NCBI RefSeq assembly: GCF_006345805.1
Contig: NC_042997.1
Location: 94,364,001 to 94,428,000 of the forward strand
DNA: 64,000 bases
Reading direction: 5' to 3'
Source: Octopus sinensis
Taxonomy: Eukaryota
Shown here: positions 27,546-39,789 of the stretch, one piece after another
How positions within the stretch are numbered: the first letter of the stretch is position 1
How the letters are laid out: every line of letters begins with the position of its first letter
Notes under the pieces: generated by a model
The model's database searches: none
The model's input: the letters and a program-made list of their open reading frames with translations, nothing else
What the model was told of the DNA's origin: nothing
Program-made: the position numbers and the translations under genes

Positions 27546-27561
27546 CTATATTATTATTATA

Positions 27562-27612
<51 letters not shown>
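27546..27612 (-). repeat. (TAA)n tail/target of the R4/Dong element
   Basis: About 22 TAA units directly after the element 3' UTR. Confidence 0.9.
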
Positions 27613-27614
<2 letters not shown>

Positions 27615-27787
27615 TTTTTTTTTCTTCTTTCAAATTTTCTTCCATTTCTTGCCGAGTGTCTTCCCGACTCCTAGGGCAAAGAAACTCATAGTGTATATTG
27701 GTAGGCCATGAAACCAAACTCAGTAGTTCGTTCATTTTTTTTTTTTTTTTTTAAAGTTAAATTAAAATACATGAGCAGCAACAGTTC

Positions 27788-28651
27788 TCACATCGACAAT
27801 GCTCTTCTCAATACGTGTGATGTACCAGTTAAGACAATCTTTTGCACTTCTTGCAGGGATGGTAAGCCAGGGATCATTCTCATATAATTTTCGGTTCCCT
27901 TCTTGATCATTCCTAGTGCTCCTACGATCACTGGTATTGTAACCGCCTTGAGATGCCACATTTTCTCAATTTCAATGAGTAGGTCTTTATATTTTCTGAG
28001 CTTGTCAAACTCTTTCGCTGAGATATTATGATCACAGGGGATGCTCATGTCGATCAATAAGCAAACTTTATTGTTTTGGTCTTTCACAACAATATCTGGT
28101 TTATTGGCCTTGATGGTTCAGTCTGTATGTACTGGACAGTCCCACAGAATGGTTACATTTTCTCCTTCAGTTACAGCCTCAGGGTGGTATTTGTCGGCAG
28201 TTTTGATATTGTAATGCCGACTTATTAGCCAGTGGAGATATTGGCCAACTCTGTCATGTCTTAATTTATACTCCACTGGTGCTAAGACTTTACATCCAGA
28301 GATTAGGTGGTCCACTGTTTCAATCATGTCGTTGCAGAATCGGCATTTTGGGTCTGCTCCATTTTTCATCACATTGGCCTGGTAGTTCCGGGTTGATAGG
28401 CTTTGGTCTTGAGCAGCCAGGATGAAACCTTCGCTCTCTGCTTTTAGCCCTGAGCTCCGCAGCCACTGATGGGTTTGCTTCTGGTCAACATCAGCTTGTT
28501 TGCTGCGGGTCACATATTTGCCGTGCAGAGGTTTCTCCTCCCACCTATCAGCCAATTGCTCGTGCGCTTTTTTCATTGCCATCATTTTCACCTTCTTTGC
28601 AACAATAGTTGCCGTACTTCCCTCGGGTTGTTCAGTTTGGGTATCCTGCAC
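27788..28651 (-). CDS. Zinc knuckle and restriction-like endonuclease portion of the R4/Dong ORF (frameshifted)
   Basis: ORFs 28118-28651 and 27788-28087: CRFC..H..SGC, RHDRV, ILWD, IDMSIP, IPVIVGALG. Confidence 0.88.
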
Positions 28652-28727
28652 GAGATCAATAGCAAATTTTTTGCTTTCCTTGATGATAGAATGAAGCTTC
28701 TTTCGTCTCTCGTGATTTCCACGAGCT

Positions 28728-30203
28728 TTAGCATCCAGTCATTCGATATTTCGAGATATTGGCCAGTCCAATTGTGGTTGTTTTGTAAGCTAGTTCAAAT
28801 TGGATCAGGCCTCGACCTCCTTGGGCTCTGGGAAGGTAAAGGCGATCTACGTCTGCCTTTGGGTGGTGCATCCTATTACAACTCAGCAGCTTGCGTATTT
28901 TTCTATCTATTTTTACTTCACTCATATTCCAGTTCAACACATTGTAGCTATAAGTAACAACTGGAACTGCTAGGGAATTTATAGCTAACACCTTGTTACG
29001 TGCATTTAGTTCAGATTTCAGGACTGCACGAACTCTCCTATAACATTCCTTCCTGATTTTCTCTTTCATGCTTGCATGCTGAATACCAGAGCCTTCATTT
29101 ATCCCTAAATATTTGTATGTTTGTTCTTGCTCAAGCTCTCTTATGACTGTGTCAACATCTAACACGACTGAATTTGTGGTCTTCACTTTCCCTTTCTGGA
29201 AAGTGGCCTTGGCACACTTCTCAAGTCCAAACTCCATCCCGATGTCATCGCTGAATGCTTTCACGGTGCGCAATAGGCCTTCAAGTTCATTATTGTCTTT
29301 ACCATAAAGTTTTAAGTCATCCATATAAAATAGATGGCTTATTTTTTTATTGGCAATTTTATACCCATACCCTGTTCTGTTTAATTCACTTGTAAGGGGT
29401 ATTAGGGCTATGCAGAATATTAAAGGTGAAAGTGAGTCACCTTGAAAAATTCCACAGTTGATGTTTATATTTTCTGAGGCAAGTACTCCATTAGAGTGGT
29501 ATAATTGGAGATTCGTATTCCACAACGACATATTGTGCTTCAGGAAGTTTGAAATCACAGGGGAAATTTTGAAGATGTCCAGCGATCTCAAGATCCATGG
29601 ATGCGGTATACTGTCGAAGGCCTTTTTATAGTCAATCCATGCGGTGCTGAGATTTCTGCGCTTGTTGTGACAGTTCTCAAGGATCATACGATTGATTAGC
29701 AGTTGATCTTTGCATCCGTAAGAGCCTCGGCGGCACCCTTTTTGTTCAATGGGGAAAATATCGTTCTTCTCCATGAATGCATATGTTTTCTCCGCCAGGA
29801 TAGATGTTAGGATTTTATACGTGGTGGATAGACAGGTTATAGGCCGATAGTTTTTTGGAAGGTTGGTTTCGTTATTCTTTGGGAGTAGGTAAGTAATGCC
29901 ACTTGCTAACCATTCAGGTGTTTTCTTTGGGTCTCTCATAATTCCATTGAGCAGCTGAACTAGCTTACCGTGTGCGCACGGGAGCGATGCGAGCCAGAAA
30001 TTCGGCACCCTATCTTTACCGGGGGATTTCCAATTATGGGCCTTCGTGAGTGCCTTTCTTAGGTCTGCTATTGTGATGTCTTCCCATGCTTGTTGTTGTA
30101 ATTTTTGGTAGGATCCTTCAGTTTGTATAATCCAGTCTGAATTTATGTTGTACGTCTTCTTGTCACTCCAAATCCTTTTCCAAAAGTTTTGAACTTCTTC
30201 CAT
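28728..30203 (-). CDS. Reverse transcriptase portion of the R4/Dong ORF (491 aa open)
   Basis: NYRPITCL, EQKGC, WIDYKKAFDSIPH, GIFQGDSLSPLIF, FYMDDLKLY, YKYLG, LYLPRAQGGRGL. Confidence 0.93.
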   Translation of the reverse strand: MEEVQNFWKRIWSDKKTYNINSDWIIQTEGSYQKLQQQAWEDITIADLRKALTKAHNWKSPGKDRVPNFWLASLPCAHGKLVQLLNGIMRDPKKTPEWLASGITYLLPKNNETNLPKNYRPITCLSTTYKILTSILAEKTYAFMEKNDIFPIEQKGCRRGSYGCKDQLLINRMILENCHNKRRNLSTAWIDYKKAFDSIPHPWILRSLDIFKISPVISNFLKHNMSLWNTNLQLYHSNGVLASENININCGIFQGDSLSPLIFCIALIPLTSELNRTGYGYKIANKKISHLFYMDDLKLYGKDNNELEGLLRTVKAFSDDIGMEFGLEKCAKATFQKGKVKTTNSVVLDVDTVIRELEQEQTYKYLGINEGSGIQHASMKEKIRKECYRRVRAVLKSELNARNKVLAINSLAVPVVTYSYNVLNWNMSEVKIDRKIRKLLSCNRMHHPKADVDRLYLPRAQGGRGLIQFELAYKTTTIGLANISKYRMTGC

Positions 30204-31897
30204 GGGAGGGGGTCTTTAACGGTTACTTTCTCCTTCCCTATTTCTCTGTAGAATTTTTTGGCATTGGATGTGAACAGCTTATTTTGCTTGTAAAACTTGT
30301 TTCTCTTCTCAAATCTTCGTATTCTTTGGGCTTTTGCTTGGACTTTTTGTTTCAGCGTTTCTTTTATTGATATCAGTTCTTCTCTTGGTGAGAGATCCAA
30401 ATTTTTTCTTCATCTTTCTTCCTGTTCTGGATCTTACATCATTTCCACATATTAGTTCATTTAATATTGATATTTCCCCTCTCATAAATTCAATCTCTTT
30501 TTCAATTTTACTTCTCCAGGTTTGATTTCTTCCCAGGTTTTGTTTTCTTTGTTTTTTCGGGGGCATACAGCTGGTTTCAATTGCCCTAGCAGAAGCGTAA
30601 ATAATTTCATTTAACTCAGTAAAATCAGGTTTTAATTCTCGTATTATTTCATTTGTTACATAGTTGCCAATTTGGATTTGTTTTTTATTTTGGTTTGTAT
30701 TTGAGAGTTTATGAAGGGTTCTCTATCATTCATACTTGTATGTCTTACAACTTCAAGCGTATTCAGGATTTTCTGCCTCATTTCTGCTATAGACTCTCTG
30801 TGTTCTTCAGCAAATGCGAGATCTTCAGTTACTGTTGTTTTTTCGTTTTCCTGGCTATCTTTAACAGGTACAATAGAATTTCTTGTATCTTCAGGCCTTT
30901 GCGTACTTTGGTCAGATGGCAGTCTTTCAATTAAGCCTCGTGGCGGGCTATACTGTTCATCTGATTCTTCATTCCTTTGTGTCTTATATTTATGTCATTT
31001 TCCGTTGCGTGCTTGATCGCGCTTATTTCACTGTCTGTGAGTCTGTTATTTCTAAAGATATCCCTCCTCACATTTGCTAATTTGTTCTCGTCCAAATAGG
31101 GCTACTGTCTTGATTCCGTGTTCTCCATATACTGTAAGAGTTTGCGGTGTGTCTCTCTTGAGATGGCCTACCTAATGCATAGTAATAAGCGTATATTACT
31201 TCTTTATACTCTTCTCGGGTCCATTTGTTCCGCTTACATTTTTCTTTCTGTGGTGGTTGTGGTGGTGAACTTGGAGGGCTCGAGTTGGGGGATTTCCCGT
31301 TCAAGTGACCATCCATGTCCGTATTCGGAGAAGAGTTTGTGCCAGTTGATAACTTTTCGATCCCAGGCTGGCTCTTCCCTGGGGGACGCGCTTCCAGATT
31401 AACCATAGGACAAGCGATTTGGTATACTGATTTAGTTTTCTTTTTAGTTTCCAAAAACATTTTGGTGCTACGATAATGTTATCATTTTTTAGCTTTGATT
31501 GGCTCGTGGGGAGACGGCCATCATTGCCGTTACAATTATAATCGTACCATTATAGCAGCCGTAGTCGGCTTATTATTGTTATTATCATCACCATTACCAT
31601 CACTATCATCATTATCACCACCATTACCATCATCATCATCACCATCACCATCACCATCACCACCATCATCATCAATGATATTGTTTTATGTGTAGTCACA
31701 GCAGTATCTTATTATTGTTATTTTTGTTTTTTTATCATTATCACCATCACAGTAGTGTCTGTCTGTCTCGTTGGCTGGCTTGGTGGTTGGCTGGCTGACT
31801 GTCTTTTTTTTTTTTTTTTTTTTTTCTTTTGGTGCGGTCCTATCGGTCAAAAAAAACTTCAGATGTTTACTACTATTAGGCTTAAGAAAAATTAAGG

Positions 31898-32820
31898 AAG
31901 GGCTGTTCTGTATTGTTTGTGAATAGAGAAGTTGTGTTCGACCAGAGAGAATCGTAGCATCATCATTTTTTTTTTTTTTCCACGTGCGTTTGTGTTATTT
32001 CAATAAAAAGTGTTTGTATATTTCCTGTAAGGTAATATTGTGGAGGTTGAAGTTGACTTTTCTAGAGATGTTTGTATGTCCAGTTAGAAAGCAGGTGTGT
32101 TTTTACAATAAAAGTATATGTTTACATTTATATTTGAATATTCAGGGAGGAAGCAAAGAAAAGTCAGATTTTCATAGAAAGTTTTAGGGTTTTGTAAGTC
32201 CACAAAAGAAAAAAAAAAGAAAAGCGTGATGTTTTTAGAGAGAAGAAAAAAAAAAAAAGGTGTTTACAGAGGCAATTGTGGGTATCAAAGTTTTTAAAGC
32301 TGGTCGAATGTATGATTGAAAACTGTAGATATGTAAATTGTAAATTTTCTTAACTTATTTTGAAGGGCTGTTCTGTATTATTTGTGAATAGAGAAGCTGT
32401 GTTCGACCAGAGAGAATCTTAGCATCATTATTTTTCCATGTGCGTTTGTGTTATTGCAATAAAAAGTGTTTGTATATTTCGTGCAAGGTAATATTGTGGA
32501 GGTTGAAGTTGACCCCTCTAGAGATGTTTGTATGTCCAGTTAGAGGAACAGGTGTGTTTTGCAATAAAAAGATATGTTTACATTTATATTTGAATATTCT
32601 GGGAGGAAGGAAGAAAAAGAAAGTCAGATTTTCATAGAAAGTTTTAGGGTTTTGCAAGTCCACAAAAGAAAAGCGTGATGTTTTTAGAGAAAAGTAAAAA
32701 AAAAGGGTGCTTACAGAGGCAGTTGTGGGTATTAAAGTTTTTAAAGCCGATCGGATGTATGTTTGAAAGCTGCAGATATGTAAATTTGTAAATTTTCTTA
32801 ACCACTTTGAAGAGAATTTC
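31898..32820. repeat. About 465-bp tandem duplication
   Basis: gaagggctgttctgtatt recurs at about 31898 and 32362; copies clearly similar throughout. Confidence 0.9.
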
Positions 32821-32964
32821 AAATACTCACGAGGTATTGTAGATGTTCCAGTCTTTGAGAGTTATTTTTCCCCGTTGCTAAACTGGCCCATATTAGTGTT
32901 TCTATGGCTTTCAGCCACCGAACTGTCAGAGCAGTGAGGAACACGTCCAGCCGCTGTCAAGGCT

Positions 32965-33260
32965 GGCGCTCTTTTCTTCTTTTTTTCTTTTCTTCTTCTT
33001 CTTCTTATTCTTCTTCTTATTCTTTCTTTTTCTTCGTCTTCTTCTTCTTTTTATTCTTCTTCTTCTTCTTCTTCTTTTTCTTATTTATTATTATTTTATT
33101 ATTATTATTATTATTAGTATTATTTTTTATTATTTACTATATCATTTCATTGCGTTGTTGGTGTTGTGGTTATATTATTTTATTATATTATTATTATTAT
33201 ATTATTATTATATATTATATTATTATTGTTATTTTAATCATTATTATTATTATTGAGTGA
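32965..33260. repeat. (TTC)n grading into (TTA)n
   Basis: Visible. Confidence 0.95.
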
Positions 33261-33384
33261 GAGAGCAGTGCATGTCATGAAAATAATACCTACCATGACT
33301 TCCGTCTGATAAGGATACAACAGACATGCATCAGGGCAGTTCTTCTCCTTTCTCTGAAATTGCTGGCTTTGTACCAAAATTTGA

Positions 33385-33523
33385 AACCATTATTATTATC
33401 ATTATCATTAGTTTCACATTTTGACACAAACCCAGAAATTTCGGAGGAAGGGGTAAGTCTATTACGTCGACTTCAGCGCTCAAATGTAATTATTTTATCG
33501 AGACCAAAAAGATGAAAGGTCAA

Positions 33524-33530
<7 letters not shown>
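33385..33530 (-). mobile_element. Degenerate SINE family A, 3' part
   Basis: ttttgacacaaacccagaaatttcggaggaaggggtaagtc matches the tail at 5100-5140. Confidence 0.75.
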
Positions 33531-33599
<69 letters not shown>

Positions 33600-33600
<1 letters not shown>

Positions 33601-34970
33601 ATATATAAATAGGTGAATGAATTATCCTATGTTTATCGTCAGCATGGAAAATTCGTTGAGCCGAAACCAGGGTAGCAAATTCACGTCAGAAACACGCAGT
33701 TCCGTGAAGCCGTTGCTAGGAACTTTCCAAGAAATTCTAGATATCATTCTATTATCAATTCCCACATAGTTAGAATCACTTTCTCTAACACTAGAAATCT
33801 TTCACAAATTATATCTTCTCACAATACCAAGCTGCTAAACAAAGATTCTTCACCCGGGAGTTCTAACACTAATCTTGCTAATTCCAACCCCTCATACAAT
33901 CATAATAATAGGAATAGTATTAATAGTAATAGCATTGGTAGCAGCGATAGTGTTAACAATGATAATATTAATAATAGTATTAGTCGTGTTAATAACAATG
34001 GTAATGTTGATGGTAATAACAATAGCGGTATTATTGTCGGTGGTATTACTGGTTGTGTTACCATTAGTAATACTAATAATAATACAAATAGTGTAGCTGT
34101 TGGCGCTAATAATAATAGTAACCAACAATCATAGCAATAAAAATCGTTTCCATCTCGGAGGACAACCCCAACAGAATTAAATTTTTGTCTAGGAATTCTA
34201 AGATAAGAATCTTTATATTTACCAGTGTAGAATTTCTTCCGGTACCGATGTCTTCTTCTATATAGGAGCGTTCACTTCCCAGTTATCCAAGAGAATTTCA
34301 AACCATTATTCAAATTCAGGGATATAAAAAAACGACATAGTACAGGGCTAAGTAAATTAGTTTGGCGTCTTAAAGACAACAATATTAATTTCAAGTTAGA
34401 TTGGTTCATACTGTCTGTATCCTTTCCTTTTGATAAGGGCAGGAGATTTTTTTACATTGCAACACCGAACTCTTCCATATTCTCTTCTCTAAGGTTCCCC
34501 TTATACCACACTCATAGAAAAATCATACAAATGTAAACACTGGCAGAAACATACTTTCTACTCATATAAATGATAACGATGTCCCTGTGGTTTGAACAAT
34601 TAACTTAACGTGCACTCCACTTCAATAGCGAAATTCTTTCTAAGTCTTTGAACATCTTTCAATCAACGTACCCTTCCCTCTCCACTTGGTTCCCTACCTA
34701 TTATTCTTTAACCCTTCTCTTCCTACTATCTATGTTTGACGTCAATTCTTCTAACGGTTTTTTAAAAAAACACTCATTATCGTTTTGTTTACCATGTAGG
34801 CAGTCATCGAAACTTTGTTTGTCTTGTTGTGAGAGAGGCATCCTTTCTTTCCTGATGAGAAGATTGCATAATGCACCCTTTATTCCTTTGGAATGAAACC
34901 ATGTTGTCTTCGAAACATATGTCGAGAGTAAAGGAATTCTGTTAACATCTTCGTTCGACTCCATTCTTTC
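33600..34970 (+). mobile_element. 5'-truncated Penelope-like element: RT thumb end, N/S-rich linker, GIY-YIG, 3' UTR, hammerhead
   Basis: NFPRNSRYHSIINSHIVRITFSNTRNLSQIISSHNTKLL; IYQCRISSGTDVFFYIGA; HSTGLSKLVWRLKDNNINFKLDW; KCKHWQK. Confidence 0.88.
34841..34935 (+). ncRNA. Canonical-core type I hammerhead ribozyme
   Basis: Stem I tcctttctttc/gagag(t)aaagga, CTGATGA 34852-58, stem II GAAGA/TCTTC, GAA, palindromic stem III ACATATGT, GTC triplet ending at 34923. Confidence 0.85.
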
Positions 34971-35084
34971 ATTTATTCATATATATGTATATATATATAT
35001 ATATATATATAAACACATACATACATACATTCATAGACACATACATGCATACATACATACCTACATACATACATACATACGACC

Positions 35085-36440
35085 AAAGTCCTGAAAAACT
35101 CAGTGACTACTAATTCAGCCCACGACAGAGAGGATGGTCTTGAAGCCGAGAATTTGAATTCGTGGAGACACTACTTACATATCGCCTGACGAAACACAAC
35201 TAGATCACATATAGGTTCTTTACATCTGACTAAAGCACATACAACAAAAATAAATTTATGGTTATAATAATTATAGGGTCTCAACTAGTGTATTTAATTT
35301 TTTAAATGTGGAGTATTCCTTAAGTAAAATAAATTCACATATTAAATATTGTACTGGTCACATTAATGAGAGTTGAACGACCCTTGGTACTCATTTCAAT
35401 AGTTTTATGCCAGTTTACACTTGTACTGGAAAAGTATAGAATCGTGATAAAATTACAAATGTGGTGTAAAATTTCATGTTTACACCACACAATTTCAAAA
35501 TTACACCAATAATTTCAAACTTGAAATTATTGAAATGAGATACATAAAATTTTGCGTGCGTATTTTATTATACCTTCTTTCCTCCTCTCTGATTCCTACC
35601 TATCACACTAACCTATGCAATCACGTAAGTCTATTTATAGAAATTTGACATCCTTGTATTCTTCCCCCACTTTAAAATTTACTACTGAAATTACCGCTCA
35701 CTTTGGTACCACCCCACCCATACCTTTTCTCTACCCATTCCTTAAAGCAGCTGTATCATATCACCCCTACTCATACATCTCATAATTATTCACTCCTTAC
35801 CTTCCCATGTCTTCCTATTCCACCCCTACTGTTCTCCCTTCGTCCCCTCACATTTTCTTGACCGCCAACTAACACTCCTTTTTGCACTTCCGCCCTTTCT
35901 TCTCTTTTTATCATTGTTCACTTATTTCTCTCTTTCTCTCTCTTTTTCTTCCTCTCATTTTTCTCTTCCTGTTTTCAATTTGACCTATCTCATTCTAATT
36001 ATACACATCTCTACCCACCATCTGTCCACAAATACATTCTCAAATGTTTGTTCACACGACAAGACCCTTTCGAATAAACAACACAGAATCCACGGGTCCA
36101 TACTTTGAAATGACTAAACATGAACTACTATTGGAACTTACATACCATGTTCAGGAAGCTTTTTTTACCACTTCTATGCACCACTTTCCTCGATTAATGG
36201 AACTGCAACTACAATATCTTTATATATTTTATATTTTTAATTCTACTTTCATTCTCTTATTTCCGTCTTTATTCCCTAGCTCCCACTTTTCCATAATAAT
36301 TCTGTATTTCGAACTCAAATATTTACCTCTATTTAACCGTCTCATGTCGTCTCTCATGAAGGGATTTCCATAATGTCCCAGAAACAGCTGTAAGACTATA
36401 TCTATATATATTTCCATATAAATGTCCTGAAAACTCCTGA
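35085..36440 (+). mobile_element. Non-coding retrozyme/PLE-like element with short terminal direct repeat
   Basis: gtcctgaaaa(a)ctc at 35088 and 36424; microsatellite flanks; hammerhead-like motif near the 3' end; no ORF. Confidence 0.5.
36349..36396 (+). ncRNA. Hammerhead-topology motif with G5-to-C core change
   Basis: gtct-CTCATGA-a-GGGAT/GTCCC-a-GAA-ACAGCTGT (palindrome)-A-agac. Confidence 0.6.
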
Positions 36441-36465
36441 CAGCCTTGACTTTGTTTTCTCATTT

Positions 36466-36504
<39 letters not shown>

Positions 36505-36859
36505 CTTGGTTTTCTGACGAAGTTCAATAATCGGTTAGACAACATATTACTACAGTTTTAAAAATAGTACAAAAATTCTACTAATAGTGTGAGGAATCAA
36601 CTTTATATATATATAACTCCCCAGACAATCATAAACTATATTATGGAACAATGAACAAACGTTACTCTCACAACCACGACCATCACAAAACCCGTACTGC
36701 CATGGCAACAGACAACAAACAAACGTCATCACCGTCACCGCCATCAGCAGCGTTTCTCTTTAACTATCACCGCTACAAAGCAATATGACTTTACTACGCC
36801 CACCAACACTACCAGTTCCAAGATTATCAGCAACAAAAACGATATTCGCTATAAGCAAT

Positions 36860-37140
36860 ACCAGAATACTACTGTTACAACAACAAGCATCATCACCGCC
36901 ACCGCCACCACCATCGTTACCACCAACGCCACAACTCCGACTATCTACAACCACAACTACCACCACCACCATAACCAGCCATCCACCACCTCCACTAACA
37001 TCACAACGACTATACACTACCAACACGACAACTATCTTCCCTCACCACCACCACCACCACCACCACCACCACCACTGCCACCACCACCACCACCACCACT
37101 GCCACCACCACCACCACCACCACCACCACCGCCGCCACTA
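36860..37140. repeat. (CAC)n/(CAA)n trinucleotide region
   Basis: Visible; gives the poly-His/poly-Val pseudo-ORFs. Confidence 0.9.
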
Positions 37141-38406
37141 ATACCATTACAAACAACGACACTACTATGACTACTAGAAACAAAGAAACAATATCAATGC
37201 AGTTACTAACTCCATCATTTACCATTATCATTTCTTATGTTCATTGTGTCTTTATCTCTGAATTCTCAGTATATATTTTTTAAAAACTTTTTCTCCCTAA
37301 TGCCTTTCTTCTCTATCTTTTTCTCACTTACTTTCTCCCTTCGATACGTGCTCTCGCATTCTCTCTCCATCAACCCTTTTCTCTCTGTCAGAATCTCTTT
37401 CTCCCTCTCTGTCCTTATTTACCATCATAAAAGCAAATATTGCAACTACCACCTCCCTTATCATGAAACCGACAATCTCTTGTTGTTTGAATTATGTCCC
37501 TTAGTGATTTCAAAGTGTCGGATGAAAAGAGCCGGAACAAATACTACAAAGTGTTTTCTCCAACGCTCTAGCAATTCTGCCGGTCAGCCACCCTTTTACT
37601 TTCTAATTTAGGCATAAGGCCAACAATTTTTGAAGGGTGGGTTAGTCAACAACATCGACCAAATACATTATCATATCGTTTCCATAGAGATGAGAAGCAA
37701 TACTGTTCTCAGTGGGGTTCGAAAATCTAACAGAATTCATCGGACAGCATCGAACAAAAGCCCAATATTTGGCATTGAAAAAATTGTCGAGCGTTATTTC
37801 TGATTGTATTGCCTGTACTAATTGCCTGGTCTTGATTGGTAACTAGAGCCCCCACCCAGTTCCCTCCTCCAAACTATTTTTCTGTATTGTTACCACTTTC
37901 ACACGCGCTATATATTCATACATAGCGCTTTCTGTAGAGTATGACACTGCCTGCTGTTGCCGAACAACTTCAGCAACTACTGATAAACTAATACGGAAAA
38001 CTGGTCCCTGAAACATTTGCGTACTTCTAAAGGGCCATTCATTTTCCAATAACCAGGTTGCTGTCTATGGGTTCTATTTTAGTTGGGCGAGCAGAACAAA
38101 ATCTATGGAACACAGTTTGAAATCAGTAATGATCAACAGTATTCTTCTCGCTTAGTTCAAAGAAAGCTCTATTTCAATAGGACCTGGTTGACTTGGTAGA
38201 TCATTGCCGAAATCCAGTCGGTAGTTCTCAGACAGTTGGAACCATCGGAGCAAATTTGGGTGGCTTTTACCGTAGACCCGGTTGGTGTCGGTCGAAGATT
38301 CAACAGGGATTTTCACTGAGGGTCGACTTCGATAAGACATTTTGGATGACTTGTTTAAAAACTCTTTCACCGCTTCTCTCACAAAAATAATTGGCTGTGA
38401 AATTGT

Positions 38407-38446
<40 letters not shown>

Positions 38447-38622
38447 ACACACACACACACACACACATACACACACACACACACAACACACACACCACAA
38501 CACACATACATACATGTATGCATACATACATATCTACATACATACACACATATTTATATTTCTAGATAAGTATATTTATATGTAGAATCTCTCTCTCTCT
38601 CTCTCTCTCTGTATACATATAT

Positions 38623-38718
<96 letters not shown>

Positions 38719-39789
38719 CTATCTATCTGTCTGTCTATCTCTTTCTCTCTCTATCTGTGTGTGTATGTGCGTGTGTGTTGCAGAAAATAAAGTGAATTTC
38801 GAACGAAGCATAGCTGTGAATATGTTTTAGTCCCACATCAATTAAATGCAGAAACAAAGACGAAAGCGTTTTCTCATCTCATCTTTTCCATTCACCTCCT
38901 TGTCATGTTTGTTGTTAATAAATAGAAATATATTAAAAAGAGAAAAATATTATCAGAAGCCAAACAGATCAATACATGATCAGCAGTATGCACGAAATAT
39001 AATCTCTTCGAACCGCTGGGATATCATTCACCGTTCCATCTTTAGTTAGCCTCAGATACGAGAAATCAAAGCGAAGCAGCTACTATCTCATTGAGTTAAT
39101 AAATTTCAAACACGTGGAAATGACATTATAGAAAACATGACAAAAGTTAACTTAGCTCATGTATTCGTGATATGATCTCATTGTGTCAATGGTCAATATA
39201 CTTTTAGCATTTGTTTGCTCAAGATATTTGTAGACAAGAGAAAGCATGTTAATGGCTTTCGATTACAAACTTTCAGCTACATTGTATATGTGAGAGAGAG
39301 CAAAATGGTGATTAATAACTTTACCATTAAGAGAGTAACCTATTTTTGCAATTATTAATGAGAATGATAAGATACTACTTACTTGGTGAATTATATATGA
39401 GTATCCATGCAAAGAGATATTTACTTCCATTTTCTCCTCTTTTTCATGGTATTAGACAGTCGAGGTATGTTTTGTTTTGTATTCTTCTGTCAGCTCCAAT
39501 TAAGCAGACCAATCATTTATAGTCATTTTACTGTACAGTAATTTGCGGCACGCATATTTACTGTGCGGTAGATACCAAGCGTTTGACTTACTGCAAACTA
39601 CACTTCACCACTACGCATATACTGATTAGTATATAAGGAACTGATACGCTGTTGTATAGTATGTAAGAAACTTACATGTTGCTGCTCTGTCTCCCTGAAT
39701 TAACAGGTACGTCTCCATCAAATTGTACGGTACCACCTGAGAAATGAATGAAAATACTCTTTTCTACTCTAGGCACATAGATGTTTCGT

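Larger units (their letters stand above)
27613..31550 (-). mobile_element. Near full-length R4/Dong-clade non-LTR retrotransposon with frameshifts
   Basis: N-terminal KWTREEYKEVIYAYYY; RT; CCHC knuckle CRFC..ETVDHLISGC; RLE KPDIVV..LLIDMSIP...KLRKYKDL; TAA-like repeats on both flanks. Confidence 0.92.

Noticed and set aside
28469-31402. Plus-strand ORFs overlapping the Dong element, and similar ORFs opposite the LINE, Gypsy and Tc1 relics
   Set aside because: Antisense shadows of transposon coding sequence
32881-32960. HDV-like or twister ribozyme assignment for the structured head
   Set aside because: P4 and an actaa J4/2-like word are present, but P2 and P1.1 cannot be formed; kept only as an unclassified structure
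36785-37141. Poly-His/Pro/Thr ORF
   Set aside because: Product of (CAC)n repeats; no splice or homology support
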